Origin: Octopus bimaculoides
Taxonomy: Eukaryota
Direction of reading: 5' to 3'
DNA: 64,000 nucleotides
NCBI RefSeq assembly: GCF_001194135.2
Contig: NC_068995.1
Location: 18,074,865 to 18,138,864, forward strand
A program made the translations under genes and the position numbers. Below the pieces are notes generated by a model that saw only the letters and a list, made by a program, of their open reading frames with translations, was not told where the DNA came from and searched no databases. Below, in pieces: positions 53,986-64,000 of the stretch. Numbering within the stretch: position 1 is the stretch's first letter; every line of letters starts with the position of its first letter.

Positions 53986-56951
53986 AAAAATAATATATGG
54001 AGCAAAACGCGTATGATCAATAAGTTCCTTAAATTCCTACATATGTTTCAAATTTTATGTGCACTCTACTCCAAAGACGTAAGAGGTGCTGGAAATGCAC
54101 ATAAATTCATCGTCAAGGAACCAACTTACACAAGCAAGACATGCGCTAGCTGCTAAGGTTGCGTACCAGTTATAACATTATATAGCTAAGTAAATGACCG
54201 TTCGAAACAAGAACGCTAGTTTACAGGGAGCTGTTAAGGAAGAGAGGCTTTGAACGCTATACTAAAAGTTTAAATTAAAAGAAGACATAATGAACCGCTG
54301 TAAAATCCAAAAAAGTATACGGTTGTTTCATAAACACATAACATTTACCATGAACTAGTGCATGCATTTAGGTGCCGAGAGTCTCTCCAGAAGAGCCACG
54401 GTTTGATTTTAAATGTGATTTATTTCTAGGTTTCTGGAAACGCTTTATACTGATTCTTACTGAAAATTTCGAAATGAATACATCTATAAACATGGGTACA
54501 TACACGCATATATAAACATTCATGTATCTTCATATCATATGCAGACATAAATAAGACAAAACTAAATAAAGAAACGAAAACAGAAAAAAAGTTGGAAAGA
54601 AGATTATTGAATAAACAGCAAAGTGGGATTTAAAGAGGGATAGCAAACTAAAGACTTAAGGAATGTAAACGGATTTAGAAAGAATACATAACATAAAGAG
54701 ATGTCCAGAAAGGAGAGAGAGAGAGTGAGGGAGAGAGAGCAAGAAAATAATAGAGAATGAAAGAATGAAATATTTCGTAAAAATAAATAGAGCGAAGGAA
54801 CATGTTAAATTTTAACTATATTTGCTAACCTCGAGAGCTGATCTGGTTTGGATTGCTTGTCCAAATTATCAATGATCAATAAATATGTAATCGATTTATT
54901 TTAGAATATATAATGAGAGAAACAACAAGAAGTAACGTAAACGAAATGACACACGAAAGAAAAAACAAAGCAAACAATTCTAACAAACGAAAAAGCAATG
55001 AAGTTGTATTTGGCATTCCTTTCTTGGCATGAATGATGCTTGAGAATATATGACCTAGGTGTCAGAAGGTTCATAACTTTTTCGATTGACATAAGAGAAT
55101 ATATGTGCTTCCGGGGAGGGGTGTCTATGTAAACATATTCATTGAACGTTTGAAACTAAGGCATTTTATTGTATTTGCTGTAAACAATATGGGTTTGTTC
55201 GTGAGATGTAATAAAATGAATGTCAATAGGAATATCCTCCAGTGCAACGTAATATACTGTTCTACACCTGTAATCGAGGTTACGATTGCTTGAGTAATGT
55301 TAAGCCTTGCAATGTACAGTTCGTTCTTGTCGAAACTACTTACGTCTATAATGATACGATTGAAATGGCCATTACGTATCCTGTCTTCTTCTAAACAACT
55401 CAATACGGAGAACTGTTTTATTATAGAGAGCTCCTGCTAAGTACAGCCCTGGGCTGTACTTGTAAATATTGACTGCTCACATGTCACTTTCTTAAGCTAG
55501 ACATGACTGAATATATTGTTTAACAAGTAAAAACAGTACTAAACGAACTAACAAGAGAAAGTGCATTTGATGAATCAACCCAGAAAATATATCAGGCAAA
55601 ATGTTTCATATCATGCACACACACACACACACACACAATGAAAATACCTTCACAAATACATGCTACGAATACGTTTGAAAAATAAAAATATGCATCTGAG
55701 AACGTAATTTCTCGTAAACACAAATACTTTGAGGCCAGCGTTGGAAATATAAGCTATCAAATTTAAATAGGATATAAACAACATTATCAATGACAATGCA
55801 AGTGACCAGTTAACAAATGTGTAATTATCACTATACGCTCTTTGCTCGTTTATGTGCAAGATATATTGTACTACAATTTTGATATCCGAAGGCCATAAAA
55901 TACTGCATTTGTAATGCAGTGGGGCTCAGTAGATCTAACAAAATCTACTATCGCACACATTACATGGTAAGATACTGTTTTACACGTTTAAAAGTAAATA
56001 AGTTAGTAAAGTAATTTGGCATTTTAGTAGTGTTTCAAATTGGTCACCGTGTAAGCTAATTACATTTGCTTGTGGCAAAATTAAGAGCGTCTCGTGTGTT
56101 AGTGTTCTAACAGTAGTATGGAGTGGATTACTTTAAACTTTATACTTTATTAATAAACTGCAGAAACGTCAAAAAACTGGTACTCACAGTTTCACGTTCC
56201 CGTTTGGCAGACAGTTTTGTTTGAGAATGGAACTAAAAAATAAGTTTATATGTATAGATACACAATATATTGATAGATATACAATTGATAGTGGGTTTTA
56301 TTTCATTGGTTCTTTCAACTATCGGATTTTCAATAACCGGTTATAGGAAATTACAATAAAATTACGATTTAAAATCAAAATCGAAGAAAATTAGTTTTAC
56401 TAGAAGGAAAAAACCTCTATACCCAGGCTAAATTAATCAACGATGAATTAAATTTACCCCTTTATAATAAAAAAAAAATATTCACTTGCAAAGAACTAAC
56501 ATCATAAACATATATCTAAATTTGCTTATACATACACATACCAAAGAAAGATATACATATATATATGCGGTAAACATAGAAACGTTAGTACATACCTATA
56601 AACATATACAAACAAATACAGGTAAAAAATATACATGTACGAATGTGTATATAGGTATCTACGTACATATATAAACACACATAATGGGTGTCTGTGCGTA
56701 TTTCTAAAAGTACAACTTAGTTCTGGCGTGTTAGAAAAGGAAATAGAAGGAAAAAGAAAATAATAACTAGCGAGAGGAAGAAAAGGTAGAAAAAGAAGTG
56801 GTGGAAGAAAGAAAAAAGGGAGAGTAGAGGAAAATGAAAAAAACAGGGAGAGAGAGAGATAGTGAAGGAAAGATCATACGGTTCATAAAAGTCTAAAACA
56901 TCATAACTATTTGCCAAAAACGAAACTTCTTTCTTGCCAACCCAATATATA

Positions 56952-57923
56952 NNNNNNNNNNNNNNNNNNNNNNNNNNNNNNNNNNNNNNNNNNNNNNNNN
57001 NNNNNNNNNNNNNNNNNNNNNNNNNNNNNNNNNNNNNNNNNNNNNNNNNNNNNNNNNNNNNNNNNNNNNNNNNNNNNNNNNNNNNNNNNNNNNNNNNNNN
57101 NNNNNNNNNNNNNNNNNNNNNNNNNNNNNNNNNNNNNNNNNNNNNNNNNNNNNNNNNNNNNNNNNNNNNNNNNNNNNNNNNNNNNNNNNNNNNNNNNNNN
57201 NNNNNNNNNNNNNNNNNNNNNNNNNNNNNNNNNNNNNNNNNNNNNNNNNNNNNNNNNNNNNNNNNNNNNNNNNNNNNNNNNNNNNNNNNNNNNNNNNNNN
57301 NNNNNNNNNNNNNNNNNNNNNNNNNNNNNNNNNNNNNNNNNNNNNNNNNNNNNNNNNNNNNNNNNNNNNNNNNNNNNNNNNNNNNNNNNNNNNNNNNNNN
57401 NNNNNNNNNNNNNNNNNNNNNNNNNNNNNNNNNNNNNNNNNNNNNNNNNNNNNNNNNNNNNNNNNNNNNNNNNNNNNNNNNNNNNNNNNNNNNNNNNNNN
57501 NNNNNNNNNNNNNNNNNNNNNNNNNNNNNNNNNNNNNNNNNNNNNNNNNNNNNNNNNNNNNNNNNNNNNNNNNNNNNNNNNNNNNNNNNNNNNNNNNNNN
57601 NNNNNNNNNNNNNNNNNNNNNNNNNNNNNNNNNNNNNNNNNNNNNNNNNNNNNNNNNNNNNNNNNNNNNNNNNNNNNNNNNNNNNNNNNNNNNNNNNNNN
57701 NNNNNNNNNNNNNNNNNNNNNNNNNNNNNNNNNNNNNNNNNNNNNNNNNNNNNNNNNNNNNNNNNNNNNNNNNNNNNNNNNNNNNNNNNNNNNNNNNNNN
57801 NNNNNNNNNNNNNNNNNNNNNNNNNNNNNNNNNNNNNNNNNNNNNNNNNNNNNNNNNNNNNNNNNNNNNNNNNNNNNNNNNNNNNNNNNNNNNNNNNNNN
57901 NNNNNNNNNNNNNNNNNNNNNNN
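56952..57923. other. Assembly gap
   Basis: N run flanked by (TA). Confidence 0.99.
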
Positions 57924-58883
57924 ATATATATATATATACCGAATGAAAGAGACATGCAGACCGATAGTTAGACAGACAGACATATAGATAGACAGACATA
58001 GTTGATATTTCATTCCATTTGGCGTAGAAAATCTTTATTCTTTTATTTTCGTTTTATTTTTTCCATTCTTTCACTACGTGCTTTACTTATTTAAATTTAT
58101 ATGTAGTTCACTTGTGTCCTCTTCATATTATAAGATACCTTGTTTACCTGCGCGTATTTTCTATATTTATTACCTCACACACATATGTGCAAAATCACAT
58201 TTAAACTACATTTAATGCACTATATAGCGATCATGTTGAGCGATTTGAAACAGAATAAACTTTATTTGTTATATTTAAATAATCACACAAATGATCATTG
58301 CTGTGAAAATTTAACGAAATATTTATGTCATATATTCATCAAAATATCATTCGATTTTTCTAGTTTCAACTACTTTCAAAATAACATCAGTGTAAAGAAA
58401 ATTAATTTTTGCAACAAAGAGACGTGTAGTGTATAGCAATATACTTTATATATAAGAGTGAAGAAAGCTTAGTTGTTGGGTTAATGCTACATAAAATTAC
58501 AAAGCGCTAGCGTGATAAAATAGTAGTTGGGCACAACAGACATTTTGTGAATAAATTGTAATCACTCAAAATGTTACTGATTCGTCTTTCATTAAATTCA
58601 ATTTGGTGTCAGCGTGCTCGGCAGCAAGTGGGCTTTGGCCAAGGGCTTCATATAACCTCACTTATATTGGACAGTGAGGAACATTTATTTCTTTCATAGA
58701 TTTACACTTAACCAGATCCATCCGTATTTTTGCCCATAAATGGATAGTTGTGAAAGCATTGGATTTAACTTATTACTTTTTCAGAGACTAAATTGCGTGT
58801 TTAATATAGACAGATAGGCATTTTTATTCTATCGTTATGTATAAATACATACCAGATAATTTTACGTTACATTCAAAATTACA

Positions 58884-58884
<1 letters not shown>

Positions 58885-58942
<58 letters not shown>
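58885..58942. repeat. (TA)n microsatellite
   Basis: Directly visible. Confidence 0.97.
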
Positions 58943-58944
<2 letters not shown>

Positions 58945-59754
58945 AGGAGTCCGTGTTTATAGAACTTTTAATACTATATTAACAAACAGTATTCCTAGCA
59001 ATTAAACCAAATTACGAATATCACATTATATTTTGGAATTCACGTGGCTAATATCATCAATTCTTACATAAAAGAGGATAGCAAAAATCTAGCCATAAAA
59101 AATACCATATAATGCTATAAACGAAAATAAACTCAATTTTCTGAATAACCTAAACACTAGACTTGTAAATCTATTTAGATCAGAACCGAGAAGAATAAGT
59201 GAAAACATTATAGATAAAACCAACAAGTTAACGTATATTATAGACAGATTCTTTGAGACAAAAATATTACATTACATCGGAAATATGTAGGTTTAGAAAC
59301 TATTGATAAAAAATTATTGAAAATAAAACATAAAAAAACTCACCTAATTCTATGCTATATTCTACTATGGTTCCATAAATAATCTCCTATTATTAAAAGC
59401 CGTGCAATTCACCTCACAATGCTTTAGCATCAGAGATAATGTATCGAAATAATAAAAATTACTATAAAAGTAAGTATCTTCCGCATAAAAAAGAACATGC
59501 TACACAACAATTGATGTAAACATTGGAGTTAAATGTCCAAAAAATTTCAAATTTAATAGGCCTCCAAATTGATATATTCATTGGGAATAATATCCATTCT
59601 AAGCGCGCTAATGCTTATATGTCTCATAATTTCATAAAAGTAATCAATATATTCGAAGAATTAAATGTATTACGTAAAATAGAAAATTCACAACACGCTA
59701 TGTAATCTTATGTAAATGGGTGTATATATGTATGCATGTGTATATATATTTATT

Positions 59755-59757
<3 letters not shown>

Positions 59758-59818
<61 letters not shown>

Positions 59819-60292
59819 NNNNNNNNNNNNNNNNNNNNNNNNNNNNNNNNNNNNNNNNNNNNNNNNNNNNNNNNNNNNNNNNNNNNNNNNNNNNNNNNNN
59901 NNNNNNNNNNNNNNNNNNNNNNNNNNNNNNNNNNNNNNNNNNNNNNNNNNNNNNNNNNNNNNNNNNNNNNNNNNNNNNNNNNNNNNNNNNNNNNNNNNNN
60001 NNNNNNNNNNNNNNNNNNNNNNNNNNNNNNNNNNNNNNNNNNNNNNNNNNNNNNNNNNNNNNNNNNNNNNNNNNNNNNNNNNNNNNNNNNNNNNNNNNNN
60101 NNNNNNNNNNNNNNNNNNNNNNNNNNNNNNNNNNNNNNNNNNNNNNNNNNNNNNNNNNNNNNNNNNNNNNNNNNNNNNNNNNNNNNNNNNNNNNNNNNNN
60201 NNNNNNNNNNNNNNNNNNNNNNNNNNNNNNNNNNNNNNNNNNNNNNNNNNNNNNNNNNNNNNNNNNNNNNNNNNNNNNNNNNNNNNNNNNNN
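59758..60292. other. (CA)n followed by assembly gap 59819-60292
   Basis: N run. Confidence 0.99.
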
Positions 60293-60719
60293 ATATTAAA
60301 AAGGAGGCACTGCGATTTTAGCTAGATTGTGAATTGTATGTGACTGAAAAGAATTTAGTGTACGGGATGGAGAGTGCGATGGTGAATCGTAAATAATTTT
60401 TGCCGGATTTTAGGCAATTTCACCACGAAAACTAACAATACTGAAAAAGCAAAGACGATTAAGATCGCTAGAATGTTAAGAATTATTAGCACACAGTCAC
60501 AGAAATGAAGTATTGTGCAAGACAAAGGTAGCAATTGCTACTGTCTCCGCTTGAAACAGAACTGCATCTATAACAATAAAACACATTTAGATATAAAGCA
60601 CATAGAGGAAAAACAGATCATTCCTGCTCACTGTGTACGAAACATTGGCCTCAGCACATGTTTGCCGCAATAATTTCAGTCACCCAGTCATCCAGGCAGC
60701 GGAAGATTGACAGCAAATT

Positions 60720-61135
60720 GTGTGTAGCAAGTGGAACACAGTGTCTCCGTAGAAAGCGGAAGAACATGCATTCCGTTCAGGTTATCTATGGATTGCGGCA
60801 AGGCATAAGAGTCAGAGAGTAGTATACGACAAATGCGATATAGGTCTTCCCCCAACCTTTCAGGGATTGTTTTCTCTCGGCCAATTTGTGGATGAGACTA
60901 GCTACACTGCCCGTAATCTTTTTCCCAATTCTTGTCCTCTTAGAGATCTGGACCAAAAATATCACTGAATAATAGAACAGATCCTTTCTTTTATCACCTC
61001 CTCAAATTTCTTTGATGTAGTTCTGATTATCTCGACGTGTTTATTGTTTGATCACACAGGTGACGTATATGCATACTCAAACTCGGCTCTTATGCATCCT
61101 AGTTATCGCGGATAGCCATAAGATATGTCCAACAT
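60720..61135 (-). mobile_element. CR1/L2-like LINE relic, RT C-terminal region
   Basis: R*LGCIR, EFEYAYTSPV*S (cf. LEYASPVWS), KRLRAV*LVS (cf. EERL...L.SL), YALPQSIDNLNG (cf. WNxLP....LNGFK). Heavily deleted. Confidence 0.5.
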
Positions 61136-62835
61136 CTCCCCTAGTATTTTTAGAGTTAGAACGTACAGGAGTGAGATACGGAAGGCATGATACTGATCAT
61201 TTCTAAAAGGTGGCAATCTACACTGACCACTGGTCAAATGTCTATATTTTGCAGCAATGCAACGCCTAAAAACGGGCTCAAAACTAACCTTCTAACAAAC
61301 AACTGCTAAAAATTGATGGCGGATCTCATCGAAAGCTTTCGATTGAGCTACATTGTTTATGCCTATGTGATGTGTCCACAAGATAAATGCTGTCGTGGAT
61401 ACATTCATTAGGGAAGGCGCATTTATGGGACTCTCCTACTATATATATTAGCGGTGAGAAAGATATATATATCGTTGCTATCATGCAAAATTGTCTTAAG
61501 TCCAAAACGTTGACTTTCAGAAAATGAAAATGTACTTTCACCATTCTATTTGGTTTTACATTAGCAACAGTTTCAGCTTAACATTACTTTATTGGGTGCA
61601 TAAAGTCGTAACTCATGCATAGATGATATTTTCAGCCAGAAATACTTATGCAAAACTGTCGTTTGCGAGGCTTACTACACTTTTGAAAAATGCTAAACCG
61701 TTGTGCTATCCTACGACAATTTTCATCTGAAGCAGCTGGAGATACGACAGTTTAACCAAAAGATCCGGTTATTGAAGAAAAAATACATTTGGCCAACTTT
61801 GGACATACGAGAGTTTAACATAATAACAATGATAAATACACACTCACACACACACACACCCACACACACACACACACACACAGAATGAGAGAGACAGAAA
61901 CGTGTACGCTTATATGTGTATGCGTAACTGTCTATGTATGTGTCTATCTCTTACTATCTATCCTCTTCGTTTGACATTGTTGTGTTTAAGAAGTCACTAA
62001 AAAAAATTATGCTTTGGCTCAAGAAATAAAGGAATCAATACTAGTTCAGTAGATCAATGTTCAATTTACAGCTTAATTAGGCAAAAATATGCTTCATCTA
62101 TGATTTATTGCTTATTGATTTGTTAAAAATCTATTTTTCCTGGAATGTGCCTTTAATAGTAGACTAGAGTTTTTGATCATTTGACCTCAATTTATGATGG
62201 TTTTATACTTTGTTATGAATAAGTCACTGAGAAGGTCAACCGATCATATCTGCCGCTCCCCTAAAGATCAGATTATCCTCTAAATCCGCTTGTTTTGCGC
62301 AGCTTTGTGTACATCGTGTCAGCGTCTATTTACACGAAGTTAATTTAATTCTTTACTTCAGATATCTAGGATATCATGCAGCTTCGTAAATCATTGATAA
62401 ATTATTAGGGATTAACTCATGTTCAAGTATATAAATTTCCAACGATTTTCGTTAAATATCTTCACAGTTGTGAAATTGTGTCTAACAATTTATTGCTGAC
62501 GTTTCCTGCTTATCATAAATCTAGCATCACTGTATGTATTGTGTGTAGCTTACGTTGTTATTTGTCTTTAATTCCAAACACTATACTGCTTAGACACATA
62601 CAAGAGCACACACAACATACAAAGGCACTCAGATGAATACACACATATGAGTGCACACAGAAATACAGATTGGAATGTGTTTCATATTAACATTGCTAAA
62701 ATTATCAAACGAATCATGGGTTACTTTAACTAAAATGAGAAGATCCCTTACGTTATTTCCTTAAGGAAAGTCACTTTCACACAGACACTCACACACATAT
62801 GCGCACGTGCAGGCACACACCCATACGTATATATA

Positions 62836-63540
62836 GAGAGCGCGGTGAATATATTGTCATACAAATTACGCAAAAATGCAAATAACATTCACATCTCATT
62901 TCAGCGTATTTACATATTTAACAAAATTACATAAAAATATCTTGAAATACAAAAGAGTAAATTTATTCAATAAACTCGCCGGTGTCTTCAGTGACGGCCT
63001 CCAGACGACTCTGAAATCTCCTGCAACTCTTCTGGATGGTATTTTTGTTAAAGTTGGTGAATGCTGTCATAATCCTTGCCTTCAGTCCATGTTTGATGTT
63101 AGGAGTTTTGTTGTTCCCTCGCTTAACTGAGCCCCACACATAATAATCAAAGTGTGAGGAGTTAGGCCAGATGTTAGGGGTGATGTAGACAAAGACATTT
63201 TCTGACAGTCATGACTGGGTTCTCTTGCTTGTGTGACATGGTGCAGAATCCTGTCACCACACATAGTGTCTTCCAGCAGACACATTCTTCACCCAGGGAA
63301 GGAGTAACTCCTCCAGGCACCTCGTGTAAGCCTCTGTGTTGAGTCTGAGGCCGTGTGGGAAGATGAATGGAGGCATAACGTCGCCATCACTAGCGATCAC
63401 TCTAAATACCATGATGCTGAGTGCTTGTTTGATTTTTATCCCTCTCAGTACATGTTTTGGGGACAGGGCAAGCCATCTGTTGGGTATTCCGGCGGGAATG
63501 TCAAGCATGTCGTTTTCAAATTTCTTGAAATGTAAAAACC
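62836..63540 (-). mobile_element. maT/DD37D-like (Tc1/mariner) transposon relic: transposase catalytic C-terminal half and one TIR
   Basis: NRWLALSP...IMVFRVIASDGDVMPPFIFPHGLRLNTEAYTRCLEELLLPWVKNVSAGRHYVW*QDSAPCHTSKRTQS...ITPNIWP..FDYYVWGSV, stop at 62963-62965. TIR-like TA|gagagcgcggtgaatatattgtc at 62836. 5' part absent. Confidence 0.9.
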
Positions 63541-64000
63541 CTTGTAAATGTTGTTTAGCCAAACTATTACTGCATTGGGCACGGTCAAAATACAGGTCTC
63601 TTGATAAGGTCAACAAACCGTAACGCCTAAACCAAACACCAATCAACTGAAATAATTTAGTAAAGCCACACATTGATTAGTCAAAATACAGTTTGCAAAA
63701 CATAACATTATGGAGCCTATACAAATGTACTTAAGGCAAACATTTTAGCCATCTCACTACAGTTGTAAATTGTAAAACATAGCTGTTACCCTACTACATG
63801 AACCTGAAGATTGAATAGTTTAATGTATGAAAATACTAGTTCAATCGAAATGGGCATTTATTATTTTATCATTTCACTATATTATATTATCTTATCTTAT
63901 ATTATTATAACTTTGTAAATAAAAAGTGAAATTCAGACAAAGTTGGAATTTCTTCCCGTAATATATTCTTCTATACGCAATCATACACACCTATTGATAT

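Noticed and set aside
56100-56430. Segment recalled as part of a dispersed Helitron-like repeat
   Set aside because: Based on memory only; no second copy or clear termini in this window.

Overview
AT-rich eukaryotic (metazoan) scaffold. It has six N-gaps, each flanked by a microsatellite. The SINE families, maT/mariner elements and microsatellite density are most consistent with an octopus/cephalopod genome; this is inferred from recalled repeat families and was not database-checked. No intact host protein-coding gene can be supported, and nearly all ORFs in the track are microsatellite or gap artefacts. The window is intergenic or intronic sequence with mobile-element debris: at least three tRNA-derived SINE families (about 13 copies), two Penelope-like (GIY-YIG) relics, a 5'-truncated R4/Dong-type LINE, RTE- and CR1-like RT relics, a maT (DD37D-like) transposase relic, an internally deleted mariner, a non-autonomous Helitron-like element and a possible piggyBac relic. 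The most interesting locus is a GC-richer island at 35568-35940, inserted in (TA)n. It is a 279-bp unit with a 45-bp terminal redundancy, strong internal base-pairing and hammerhead-ribozyme-like core motifs, i.e. a candidate retrozyme or Penelope-derived self-cleaving element. A second, decayed hammerhead-like motif lies at 40674-40770. All ribozyme models are non-canonical and unproven.
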